Below, piece after piece: positions 9,115 through 18,038 of a stretch of 64,000 nucleotides of DNA (position 1 is its first letter; the number at the start of each line of letters is the position of its first letter). The notes beneath the pieces were generated by a model, which had not been told where the DNA came from, made no database searches, and saw only the letters and a program-made list of their open reading frames with translations. A program made the position numbers and the translations under genes. This DNA is from an uncultured Oxalobacter sp. Lineage in GTDB: Bacteria > Pseudomonadota > Gammaproteobacteria > Burkholderiales > Burkholderiaceae_D. The stretch spans positions 9,785-73,784 of the forward strand of contig CAZAWA010000001.1 of assembly GCA_964488675.1 (NCBI GenBank). Reading direction: 5' to 3'.

Positions 9115-9366
9115 GTGGAGCGCGACACATTGCGCTATACCCCGGCAGGCATACCGATAGTGACGGCAAAATTGCTGCACCACTCGAAACAGATTGAAGC
9201 AGGCATCGAAAGGCTGGTTGAATTTGAAATCCCCACACTCGCCTCGGGCGAAATCGCGGGAAGGTTCAATCAGGCGGAAATGGGCGTTACTCACCATTTC
9301 ACAGGGTTCATGGCACGCAAGAGCCGCAACAGCAAAAGCCTCGTATTTCATGTTAATGATTTTTAG
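9115..9366 (+). CDS. priB: Primosomal replication protein N (PriB); true start probably upstream at a non-standard codon
   Basis: Position between rpsF and rpsR. ...RDTLRYTPAGIPIVTAKLLHHS... OB-fold pattern. The in-frame upstream peptide NPANQFQLVATIVE looks like the conserved PriB N-terminus, but only CTG (9076) or GTG (9115) are available as starts. Confidence 0.8.
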   Translation: MERDTLRYTPAGIPIVTAKLLHHSKQIEAGIERLVEFEIPTLASGEIAGRFNQAEMGVTHHFTGFMARKSRNSKSLVFHVNDF

Positions 9367-9411
9367 ACGCTACTGACCAACACAACTAGCGCATTTATTT
9401 AGGAGCCCAAG

Positions 9412-9702
9412 ATGGCACTCGGTAAAAAATTCGATAAGAGCAAACTCAAGGACAAAAACAAGCGCAAGCAGCAAAATCCGCTGTTCAAGCGCAAGAAATT
9501 CTGCCGCTTCACCGCAGCGAAAGTCGAGCAGGTCGATTACAAGGACATCGATGTCCTCAAGGATTTCATCCAGGAAAACTGCAAGATCATGCCGGCTCGC
9601 CTTACCGGCACCCGCGCGCACTACCAGCGCCAGGTTGACACCGCAATCAAGCGTGCGCGCTTCCTTGCGCTGCTGCCTTACACCTCGCTGCACACAGCGT
9701 AA
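9412..9702 (+). CDS. rpsR: 30S ribosomal protein S18
   Basis: ...[66 protein letters not shown]. Confidence 0.95.
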   Translation: MALGKKFDKSKLKDKNKRKQQNPLFKRKKFCRFTAAKVEQVDYKDIDVLKDFIQENCKIMPARLTGTRAHYQRQVDTAIKRARFLALLPYTSLHTA

Positions 9703-9735
9703 TCGCGGCCTCGCAATAGGATATTGGAGATAAAC

Positions 9736-10188
9736 ATGGAAATCATTCTGTTAGATAAAGTCGGTAAACTCGGGAACCTCGGCGACATCGTGCGCGTCAA
9801 GGACGGCTACGCCCGCAACTTCCTGATCCCGCAAAAATTGGCGCGCCGCGCTACAGCCGCAGCAAAAGCCGAGTTTGAAACCCGCCGCGCCGATCTGGAG
9901 AACGCTGCAGCAGAAAAACTGGCCGCAGCGCGGGCACTGGGCGAAAAACTGTCCGGCATGACCGTTCAAATCCTGCAAAAGTCCGGTGTTGACGGCCGTC
10001 TGTTCGGTTCGGTCACGAACCACGACATTGCAGAAGCGCTGACCAAACAGGGCTTTGCTGTCGAGAAGGCGCAAATCCGGTTGCCGCAAGGCCCGTTCAA
10101 GACTGTCGGCGATCACCATCTTGCCGTTGCGCTACACTCTGATGTCGTCGTCGACATCACGGTATCGGTACTCGGCGAACAAGCCTGA
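9736..10188 (+). CDS. rplI: 50S ribosomal protein L9
   Basis: [33 protein letters not shown] from the internal ATG at 9736. The ORF-track start at 9724 adds 4 residues. Confidence 0.95.
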   Translation: MEIILLDKVGKLGNLGDIVRVKDGYARNFLIPQKLARRATAAAKAEFETRRADLENAAAEKLAAARALGEKLSGMTVQILQKSGVDGRLFGSVTNHDIAEALTKQGFAVEKAQIRLPQGPFKTVGDHHLAVALHSDVVVDITVSVLGEQA

Positions 10189-10200
10189 CAAGGTTCACCG

Positions 10201-10240
10201 CCAATAAAAAACCGCTGGCATGCCAGCGGTTTTTTATTGG
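10201..10240. terminator. Bidirectional intrinsic terminator between rplI and the convergent usp gene
   Basis: Perfect 40-nt palindrome ccaataaaaaaccgctggca/tgccagcggttttttattgg. GC-rich stem at 10211-10230, flanked by an A-run and a T-run. Confidence 0.8.
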
Positions 10241-10250
10241 CCCAAACAAA

Positions 10251-10748
10251 TCAGAAACCGGTCGGCTCAACCCTCGGTTCCTTTGGCTCGCCTAGCGGTT
10301 TTTCAAGTCGGTCCACCAGGACCGGAACGCGAGCAAGCCCCAGCACCTTGCTGGTCACACTGCCTATCAAGAACTTGTCTAGGCCGGTTCGACCATGTGA
10401 CCCAATGAAAATCAGGTCGCAGCCATTCTCCTTGGCGGCATCGGCAATCTTTTGCGCCGGCACATCGGAAAACGCCGTTACAGGCGCGCATTTCACACCC
10501 GCGGCCAGCGCAGCATCGTATATCGGCTTGAGATGGATGTCTCCGGCCTTCTTCATTGTGGTCTCATATTCCTGCTCTGACGGGTATGTCGGAGGAATGA
10601 TCTCGACATAAACAGGATATTGGTATTCAGGCGAAACGAACAAAGCCACTACTTCCGCGCCAATTTCCCTGGCAAATGAAACGCCCTTGATGGCGGCTGC
10701 GGTCGAAAGATCCGACCCGTCTGTAGGAACCAGAATTTTCTTGTACAT
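10251..10748 (-). CDS. Universal stress protein (UspA family)
   Basis: MYKKILVPTDGSDLS...LIFIGSHGRTGLDKFLIGSVTSKVL, typical Usp ATP-binding motifs. Confidence 0.85.
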   Translation of the reverse strand: MYKKILVPTDGSDLSTAAAIKGVSFAREIGAEVVALFVSPEYQYPVYVEIIPPTYPSEQEYETTMKKAGDIHLKPIYDAALAAGVKCAPVTAFSDVPAQKIADAAKENGCDLIFIGSHGRTGLDKFLIGSVTSKVLGLARVPVLVDRLEKPLGEPKEPRVEPTGF

Positions 10749-10874
10749 GATTTCCCCCGGAAAAAAACATCAATCGCGGCGCTTAAGCACCTGTCATTCA
10801 GGTAACGCGCCATGCGCACAGCATAAACCATCCCGCAGAACCGCAATTGCCAAAGATCAATACTGCGATGCGCG

Positions 10875-12185
10875 TCAGGTCAACTCCTCCAGGCGAATCT
10901 TGGTCACCTCGCCTAGCACCGTCGGCAGTGCGTTAATCTTTTCAATTGCCACCAGCATGTTCTTTTCCTGTGTCTGATGCGTCAGCATGATGATATCGGT
11001 CCGGTTTTCGCCCTCACCCGGCTCTTTCTGGATCATCGCATCGATCGAAATCGTCGCATCCGCCAGAATGCGCGCCACATCGGCCAGTACGCCCGGTTGA
11101 TCCTTGACATGCATGCGCAGGTAATAGCTGGTGGTGATTTCAGACATTGGCAGCACCGGGATGTTCGTCATGGCATCGGGCTGGAACGCCAGAGACGGCA
11201 CACGGTGCTCAGGATCAGCGGTCGCCAGGCGCGTGATGTCGACCAGATCGGCGATCACTGCGGATGCGGTCGGTTCCGCTCCCGCGCCCTTGCCGTAATA
11301 CAGCGTTGCGCCCACCGCGTCACTATGCACCAGCACGGCATTCATCGCGCCTTCGACATTCGCGATCAGGCGCCTGTATGGAATCAGGGTCGGATGCACG
11401 CGCAATTCGATGCCGTTCGGCATGCGCTTGGTGATGCCCAGCAGCTTGATGCGGTAGCCGAGTTGCTCCGCGTAGCGGATATCGGTCGCTTCCAGTTGGG
11501 TGATACCTTCGATGTAAGCCTTGTCGAACTGCACCGGAATGCCGAACGCAATCGCGGACATGATGGTCAGCTTGTGTGCCGCATCAATCCCTTCGATGTC
11601 GAAAGTCGGATCGGCTTCGGCATAGCCAAGTCGTTGCGCCTCCTTTAGAACAACATCGAAATCCAGACCCTTGTCGCGCATTTCGGACAGGATGAAATTG
11701 GTGGTGCCATTGATGATGCCGGCAATCCATTCGATGCGATTTGCCGTCAAGCCTTCGCGCAGCGCCTTGATGATCGGAATGCCGCCGGCGACTGCCGCCT
11801 CGAACGCAACAATCACGCCTTTCTCCTGCGCAGCCTTGAAGATTTCGTTTCCATGCACGGCAAGCAGCGCTTTGTTTGCCGTGACGACATGCTTGCCGTT
11901 CGCGATTGCCTTCAACACCAGCTCGCGGGCGATGCCATAGCCGCCAATCAGCTCGACCACAATGTCAATTTCGGGGTTGTTGACCACCAGATTGCCGTCA
12001 CTGACGACTTCACAGTCTGCGCCGACGATTTGCTTCGCGCGCGCAGTGTCCAGATCCGCCACCATCGTCATCTGTATGCCGCGACCGGCACGGCGCGTGA
12101 TTTCTTCCTGATTGCGCTTCAAGACTGTGTAGGTACCACCGCCTACAACACCTATTCCCAGCAAGCCAACTTTGATTGGTTTCAT
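10875..12185 (-). CDS. hom: Homoserine dehydrogenase
   Basis: MKPIKVGLLGIGVVGGG Rossmann N-terminus from the internal ATG at 12185. A C-terminal ACT-like region is present. The ORF-track start at 12269 would overlap the upstream gene. Confidence 0.92.
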   Translation of the reverse strand: MKPIKVGLLGIGVVGGGTYTVLKRNQEEITRRAGRGIQMTMVADLDTARAKQIVGADCEVVSDGNLVVNNPEIDIVVELIGGYGIARELVLKAIANGKHVVTANKALLAVHGNEIFKAAQEKGVIVAFEAAVAGGIPIIKALREGLTANRIEWIAGIINGTTNFILSEMRDKGLDFDVVLKEAQRLGYAEADPTFDIEGIDAAHKLTIMSAIAFGIPVQFDKAYIEGITQLEATDIRYAEQLGYRIKLLGITKRMPNGIELRVHPTLIPYRRLIANVEGAMNAVLVHSDAVGATLYYGKGAGAEPTASAVIADLVDITRLATADPEHRVPSLAFQPDAMTNIPVLPMSEITTSYYLRMHVKDQPGVLADVARILADATISIDAMIQKEPGEGENRTDIIMLTHQTQEKNMLVAIEKINALPTVLGEVTKIRLEELT

Positions 12186-12213
12186 AGTCTCAATATAAAT
12201 TTGAAAAATTCGT

Positions 12214-13443
12214 TCAAGCTGTTCCGTACCGCTTGCGGCAAGATTCAAGGAAGCGCGCCAACCTGCCAATGGCGTCGGTCAGATCATGCACATTCGGCAG
12301 AAATACCACACGGAAATGATCGGGTTCAGGCCAGTTAAAGCCGGAACCCTGCACAACCAGCACCTTCTCGGCTTCCAGCAGATCATAGGCGAACTGCTTG
12401 TCATCCTTGATCGGATATACCCTGGGATCGAGACGCGGAAACATGTAAAGCGCCGCCTTCGGTTTCACGCAGGTAACACCGGGGATTTGCGTCAGTAGCC
12501 TGTGAGCAAGCTCTCGCTGCTCATACAAACGGCCACCCGGCGCCACCAGATCATTGATGCTCTGGTAGCCGCCCAGCGCAGTCTGAATCGCATACTGTCC
12601 CGGCACATTCGAGCACAGGCGCATCGATGCCAGCATGTTCAAGCCTTCGATGTAATCCTTGGCGTGCCGCTTGTCGCCGGACACCACCATCCATCCTGAG
12701 CGGTAACCACAGGAACGGTAATTTTTCGACAGGCCGTTCATCGTGATGAACATCACATCGTCTGCCAGCGACGCCATTGATGTGTGCGTTGCGCCGTCGT
12801 ACAGCACCTTGTCGTAAATCTCGTCCGCAAACACAATCAACTCATGCTTGCGCGCAAGATCTACAATCTGCTGCAGTATCTCGACCGGGTACAGAGCGCC
12901 GGTTGGATTGTTCGGGTTGATGACGACGATGGCTTTTGTGCGAGGAGTGATCTTTTTCTTGATGTCCTCGATGTCCGGATTCCATTCCGACTGCTCGTCA
13001 CACAGGTAATGCACCGGCGTTCCGCCCGACAGCGACACCGCTGCCGTCCAGAGCGGATAGTCTGGCGCTGGCACCAGCACTTCATCACCCGCATCGAGCA
13101 GCGCGTTCATGCTCATGACAATCAGCTCGGAGGCACCATTGCCAATATAGATGTCCTCAATAGTCACACCAGCGATTTTCTTTTCCTGCGTGTACTGCAT
13201 GATCGCCTTGCGCGGCGCGAACAAACCCTTGGAGTCGGTATAACCCGCCGAATTTCCCATGTTGCGGATCATGTCGCGCACGATCTCGTCCGGCGGATCG
13301 AAGCCGAATGGTGCCAGATTGCCAATGTTCAATTTGATGATCTTCTGGCCCTCTTCTTCCATTTCCCTGGCTTTTTCCAGGACAGGGCCGCGAATGTCAT
13401 AACAGACATCAGCCAGTTTTTTCGACTTTTGTATCGGTCGCAT
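12214..13443 (-). CDS. Class I/II PLP-dependent aminotransferase (alanine/aspartate transaminase-like)
   Basis: MRPIQKSKKLADVCYDIRGPV... and the PLP-lysine motif NGLSKNYRSCGYRSGW. Start taken at the internal ATG at 13443. Confidence 0.85.
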   Translation of the reverse strand: MRPIQKSKKLADVCYDIRGPVLEKAREMEEEGQKIIKLNIGNLAPFGFDPPDEIVRDMIRNMGNSAGYTDSKGLFAPRKAIMQYTQEKKIAGVTIEDIYIGNGASELIVMSMNALLDAGDEVLVPAPDYPLWTAAVSLSGGTPVHYLCDEQSEWNPDIEDIKKKITPRTKAIVVINPNNPTGALYPVEILQQIVDLARKHELIVFADEIYDKVLYDGATHTSMASLADDVMFITMNGLSKNYRSCGYRSGWMVVSGDKRHAKDYIEGLNMLASMRLCSNVPGQYAIQTALGGYQSINDLVAPGGRLYEQRELAHRLLTQIPGVTCVKPKAALYMFPRLDPRVYPIKDDKQFAYDLLEAEKVLVVQGSGFNWPEPDHFRVVFLPNVHDLTDAIGRLARFLESCRKRYGTA

Positions 13444-13615
13444 GATGCAATCCTTGTATTTCGCCACTTGTGCCGACGCAAGGTGGCGTGCGGCCCAAAA
13501 GAGCCATTCTGACGAAAGAACGCTTATTTATCAAGGCAATTCTCCCTGCATGGGCCGCAGAATGCCGTTACAATGAAGCGTCGTTGAACTCATCCACAGC
13601 AACCAGGAGAAACCC

Positions 13616-14101
13616 GTGGCAGACGCACCCTCCGCAATCGGCCTGACCGTGCCGGATTTTTCAGCCGTGATGACCGGCAACAAGACATTCAAGCTGTCGG
13701 ACCACAAAGGAAAAAATATCGTCCTGTTTTTTTACCCCAAGGACAACACGCCCGGCTGTTCGGCCGAGAGCATGAGCTTTCGCGATCTGTATTCCCGCTT
13801 TCAAAGCGAAAATGCAGAAGTTTTCGGCATCAGCCGCGATAGCATCCGTTCGCATGAAGGCTTCAAGGCCAAGCTGGGGATGCCGTTCGAACTGATTTCC
13901 GATCCGGACGAAACGGTCTGCATGCTGTTCAATGTGATGCAGGAAAAATCCATGTACGGCAAAAAAGTGCGTGGCGTTGAGCGCAGCACCTTCGTGATTG
14001 ACGAAAAAGGCACATTGGTGAAAGAATGGCGTGCCTTGAAAGTGCCCGGACATGTCGAACAAGTGCTGCGATTCCTGGTATCCATGAATAAAAATTCCTG
14101 A
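13616..14101 (+). CDS. bcp: Thiol peroxidase / peroxiredoxin Bcp
   Basis: FFYPKDNTPGCSAES peroxidatic-Cys motif. GTG start. About 160 aa. Confidence 0.9.
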   Translation: MADAPSAIGLTVPDFSAVMTGNKTFKLSDHKGKNIVLFFYPKDNTPGCSAESMSFRDLYSRFQSENAEVFGISRDSIRSHEGFKAKLGMPFELISDPDETVCMLFNVMQEKSMYGKKVRGVERSTFVIDEKGTLVKEWRALKVPGHVEQVLRFLVSMNKNS

Positions 14102-14127
14102 AGTTTCCAAAGCTTAACGAGAACCTG

Positions 14128-15834
14128 ATGCCCCTTCCAAAAATTCCGAGCAAACCGGCCACACTGCTCTCCTCCAAGGACTTTCCAATAGCCGCAAAAG
14201 GCAAGACCGGTAAACCTGCCATCAAGCAAATTGTAGAACCTCCGCCCCAACCTGTTGCCAAGGCGCCTGCGGCGGCCAAGCCTGCCACGAAGGCTGTTCC
14301 GAAGTCGGCCACCGCACCCTTTAAATCAAAGAACGCCAGGGCATTGCTGTCCGACAAACCACCACCGCCAGCAAACAAACCGGCGCACACTCGCCTGAAA
14401 TCAAGCGCACGACGCCAGGCCGGCCAATCCGGCATGACGAAATTGTTCGTGCTCGACACCAATGTACTGATGCATGATCCGACCTCGCTGTTCCGCTTCG
14501 AGGAACACGATATCTACCTGCCGATGTCAACGCTGGAAGAACTGGACAATCACAAACGGGGCATGTCCGATGTCGCGCGCAACGCACGGCAGGTTTCCCG
14601 CACACTGGATTCGCTAGCAGAAGCTATTGACGAAGACGCCATTGATAACGGCATTCTGCTGTCCAAACTGGGAAACAAGGAAGCAAAAGGCCGACTTTTC
14701 TTCCAGACCAAACTGCAAGTCGAAGCACTGCCGGCCGGCCTGCCCGCTGGCAAGACGGACAACCAGATCCTCGGCATTGTGCATGCGCTCGGCAAGGAAC
14801 AGCCCGGTAGACTGATCGTACTGGTGTCGAAGGATATCAACATGCGCGTCAAGGCACGCGCACTCGGGTTGCCTGCAGAAGATTACTTCAACGACCAGGT
14901 GCTGGAAGATACCGACCTGCTTTATTCCGGCGTGATGGCGCTGCCTGATGATTTTTGGGAAACGCACGGCAAAGGCATGGAGTCCTGGCAAGAAAACAAG
15001 GGCGTATTCAACCATACCTACTACCGCATCACCGGCCCGCTGGTGCCGTCGATGCTGGTCAACCAGTTCATATATCTGGAACAGCCGGGCGACACGCCCT
15101 TCCAGGCGCAAGTCAGGCAAATCAGCGGCAAAACGGCAGTAATGGAAACGCTGCGCGATTTTTCGCACATGAAGAACAGCATTTGGGGAGTTAACGCACG
15201 CAACCGCGAACAGAATTTCGCGCTCAATCTGCTGATGAATCCGGACTGCGATTTCGTGACGCTCCTGGGACAGGCAGGCACTGGCAAGACGCTGCTGGCG
15301 CTCGCAGCAGGACTGGCGCAAGTTCTGGAAGCAAAAATCTACAACGAAATCATCTTCACGCGCGTGACCGTGCCAGTCGGCGAAGATATCGGCTTCCTGC
15401 CTGGCACCGAGGAAGAAAAAATGTCGCCCTGGATGGGCGCGCTCGACGACAACCTCGAAGTGCTGAACAAGTCCAGCCATGAAGGCGGTGACTGGGGTCG
15501 TGCCGCAACCCAGGATCTGATCCGCTCGCGCATCAAGATCAAGTCGCTTAATTTCATGCGCGGACGCACCTTCGTCGACAAGTTCGTGATCATCGACGAA
15601 GCGCAAAACCTGACGCCGAAACAGATGAAGACGCTGATCACGCGCGCTGGCCCCGGAACCAAAATACTCTGTCTTGGTAACATCGCACAGATCGACACGC
15701 CATACCTGACCGAAGGCTCAAGCGGTCTGACCTATGTGGTCGACCGCTTCAAGGGATGGGAGCACAGCGGGCATGTCACGCTGGCGCGTGGCGAGCGCTC
15801 GCGCCTTGCTGACTACGCGAGCGAGGTTTTATAG
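14128..15834 (+). CDS. PIN-domain PhoH-like ATPase (PhoH2/YlaK type) with Lys/Ala/Pro-rich N-terminal extension
   Basis: PIN: KLFVLDTNVLMHDPTSLFRFEEHDIYLPMSTLEELD. Walker A GQAGTGKT. Walker B FVIIDEAQN. The start is uncertain: ATG 14434 would remove the extension. Confidence 0.85.
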   Translation: MPLPKIPSKPATLLSSKDFPIAAKGKTGKPAIKQIVEPPPQPVAKAPAAAKPATKAVPKSATAPFKSKNARALLSDKPPPPANKPAHTRLKSSARRQAGQSGMTKLFVLDTNVLMHDPTSLFRFEEHDIYLPMSTLEELDNHKRGMSDVARNARQVSRTLDSLAEAIDEDAIDNGILLSKLGNKEAKGRLFFQTKLQVEALPAGLPAGKTDNQILGIVHALGKEQPGRLIVLVSKDINMRVKARALGLPAEDYFNDQVLEDTDLLYSGVMALPDDFWETHGKGMESWQENKGVFNHTYYRITGPLVPSMLVNQFIYLEQPGDTPFQAQVRQISGKTAVMETLRDFSHMKNSIWGVNARNREQNFALNLLMNPDCDFVTLLGQAGTGKTLLALAAGLAQVLEAKIYNEIIFTRVTVPVGEDIGFLPGTEEEKMSPWMGALDDNLEVLNKSSHEGGDWGRAATQDLIRSRIKIKSLNFMRGRTFVDKFVIIDEAQNLTPKQMKTLITRAGPGTKILCLGNIAQIDTPYLTEGSSGLTYVVDRFKGWEHSGHVTLARGERSRLADYASEVL

Positions 15835-16031
15835 GGCAACGCTGGATTAACGGCTGCGCGGAAAAATGCGGGCAGAAGTTTTATTTCGCAGCGCGAAATT
15901 TGCTCTGACCCCAATTTTTGATTTTCCTTCCGATTCCAGATTGTCTGTAGCGCAAAGACGAGTGCAGATGGTGCTGGCAGCACGGCAAGGCGAAAACGAC
16001 AGCGCTACGGGCAATCCGGGATTGGAATCGC

Positions 16032-16886
16032 ATGAAAATGACGCTTGATTGTGTCAGCTGCTTCGTCCGCCAGTCGCTGGATGCGGCGCGGCTGGTCACC
16101 AATGACCAAGCCGATCAGGAACGCATCGTGCGCGAGGTGCTGCGCTGGTTGAGCGAACAAGGGCTGGAGCACTCCCCGCCCGTGCTGGCGCAACTGGTTC
16201 ACCGGCGTCTGCGCGAAATCTCGCAGGTTGGCGACCCTTACCGCGAAGCCAAAGATCGCCATAATGCGATGGCGCTCGAGCTGTTGCCGGAATTGCGCAC
16301 GCAAATCGCCGCCGCCGCCGATCCGCTGGCACTGGCCACAAGGCTGGCTATCGCCGGCAATGTGATCGACTTGGGCATGAAAAGCATGGTTGCCGAGGAC
16401 GATGTGCACGAATCGATCCGGCATGCACTGGAAGAACCTTTCATCGGCGAATGGGACGACTACCGTCTTGCGGTAGAGTCTGCCGCGAACATCCTTTACC
16501 TCACCGACAATGCGGGCGAGATCGCATTCGACCGCCTGCTGATCGAACAACTCGGCCCGGAGCGCGTCACCGTCGTCGTGCGGGGCGCCCCCGTGCTGAA
16601 CGATGCCACACACGCAGACGCTGAAACCGTCGGCCTGCATGAACTCACGACGGTCATCGACAACGGCTCGGACGCACCCGCCACCCTGCTGCACGATTGC
16701 CACCCGGAGCTTCAGCGGCGATTCGCCGCTGCCGACATGATCATTGCCAAGGGCCAAGGCAATTTCGAATCGCTCAGCCACCGCGGACACGATGTCTTTT
16801 TCCTGTTCAAGGTAAAGTGCCCGGTGATTGCCGCGCATGTGGGCCTGCCGATGGGGACGCAGATACTGCGTCAGTACAGGGATTAG
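16032..16886 (+). CDS. DUF89 / ARMT1-like damage-control phosphatase family protein
   Basis: N-terminal CVSC, TDNAGEIAFD and KGQGNFES motifs characteristic of DUF89. Confidence 0.75.
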   Translation: MKMTLDCVSCFVRQSLDAARLVTNDQADQERIVREVLRWLSEQGLEHSPPVLAQLVHRRLREISQVGDPYREAKDRHNAMALELLPELRTQIAAAADPLALATRLAIAGNVIDLGMKSMVAEDDVHESIRHALEEPFIGEWDDYRLAVESAANILYLTDNAGEIAFDRLLIEQLGPERVTVVVRGAPVLNDATHADAETVGLHELTTVIDNGSDAPATLLHDCHPELQRRFAAADMIIAKGQGNFESLSHRGHDVFFLFKVKCPVIAAHVGLPMGTQILRQYRD

Positions 16887-16902
16887 GGAAGCAGGGGCTA
16901 AA

Positions 16903-17062
16903 TGCCCATACTCCCCCCAGCAATTTTGCTCCGGCGCGTCAGCTATTAATATATGCAATATTTTGCCATATACCCCCCATTAAATCGATCGTGCTTACCG
17001 TAAAACTGCCTGTTTTTTGCGCAAATCGATGGTTTTGGGAAGCTAAAACGGCCGAATACCCC
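16903..17062. repeat. Three direct copies of a GCC-ATA-CCCC(CC) motif in a non-coding stretch
   Basis: TGCCCATACTCCCCCC (16903-16918), TGCCATATACCCCCC (16964-16978) and GGCCGAATACCCC (17050-17062), all in the same orientation. Confidence 0.5.
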
Positions 17063-17076
17063 GGTTTCTGGCCAAA

Positions 17077-17097
17077 TAATAACGCGGCGCGTTATTA
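17077..17097. repeat. Perfect 21-bp palindrome TAATAACGCG-G-CGCGTTATTA just downstream of the rseA-like stop (copy 1 of 2)
   Basis: Read directly. A near-identical copy lies at 26791-26811, and both are followed by GTG. Confidence 0.8.
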
Positions 17098-17123
17098 GTG
17101 CTCGGGTTGCAGCGGAAACGAAT

Positions 17124-17360
17124 TCAAAGGTTACGCAGGGCCGTCTGCAGACCAGCAGAAAAATCGGGGCGCAAGGCATGCGCCGATTCACCTGCCCTGA
17201 GTATATGCCGGATGTGGTGATAGGCGTCAAACCTCGCAAAATGCTCCGGCTGACGCAACATCTCCAGCACCATATCGACGCCTGCGCCGTTCAGTTCGCC
17301 ATCCACCAGAGCTGATATTTTCTCTTGCATTATTTCGTCCATCACGGCTTCATCAATCAA
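17124..17360 (-). CDS. rseA: Anti-sigma-E factor RseA, N-terminal (sigma-binding) domain only
   Basis: MQEKISALVDGEL...FDAYHHIRHILRAG...PDFSAGLQTALRNL aligns by eye with E. coli RseA residues ~1-68 (LSALMDGE, WESYHLIRDSMRG, FDISSRVMAAIEEE). It lies immediately downstream of rpoE. No TM or periplasmic part follows in any frame. The ORF opens at TTG 17360; ATG 17342 or 17330 are more likely starts. Confidence 0.65.
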   Translation of the reverse strand: MIDEAVMDEIMQEKISALVDGELNGAGVDMVLEMLRQPEHFARFDAYHHIRHILRAGESAHALRPDFSAGLQTALRNL

Positions 17361-17405
17361 ACCAAAAGCACCCTGCCTGCTTGCAGGACGATTATTGGCT
17401 ATTTA

Positions 17406-18005
17406 TCATCGTTTTTCAATGCCTGAACCAAGCAATGGCCGAATTCTTTCAGCAATCGCCTCCCGTGCACGGAAAATGCGACTTCGTACCGTGCCAATTG
17501 GACAAGCCATGGCCTCGGCAATGTCGTCATAGCTCAAGCCTTCGATTTCGCGAAGCGTCAAGGCAAGCCGCAACTCCTCCGGCAAATCCGCCATCGCCTG
17601 ATTGACGGTATGCGCTATTTGCTTGCTCAACAGCAAAGACTCCGGCGTGTCGCCATCGTTAAGATACGCACGAGCGTCAAAAGTTTCATCAATATCGAGA
17701 TTCAGGCCGCTTTGCGTCGGGAGCCGGCGACCGCGCGACTCAAGGCTGTTTCTGGCGGCATTGGCCGCAATCCGGTACAGCCAAGTGTAAAAGGCGGCAT
17801 CGCCGCGAAACTGCGACAGCGCTCGGAAAGCCTTGATGAATGATTCCTGGACGACATCTTCTGCTTCCGCTGCGTCGCCGACCATCCGCAAAGCCAGCCG
17901 AAACAGTTTGCGCTGATATTTGGTCACCAGCAGGTCGAACGCCAGCTTTTCGCCATTTTGGGCACGCCGCACCAGTTCTCCGTCAATTTCCCGTTCTTTG
18001 ACCAT
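17406..18005 (-). CDS. rpoE: ECF sigma factor RpoE (sigma-24 / AlgU type)
   Basis: ...AFDLLVTKYQRKLFRLALRMVGDAAEAEDVVQESFIKAFRAL...FYTWLYRIAANAA... (regions 2.1-2.4) and a region 4 HTH LSYDDIAEAMACPIGTVRSRIFRAREAI. Confidence 0.92.
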   Translation of the reverse strand: MVKEREIDGELVRRAQNGEKLAFDLLVTKYQRKLFRLALRMVGDAAEAEDVVQESFIKAFRALSQFRGDAAFYTWLYRIAANAARNSLESRGRRLPTQSGLNLDIDETFDARAYLNDGDTPESLLLSKQIAHTVNQAMADLPEELRLALTLREIEGLSYDDIAEAMACPIGTVRSRIFRAREAIAERIRPLLGSGIEKR

Positions 18006-18038
18006 GATTCGCGGAAGTTATGTATTCACTCAATACGC

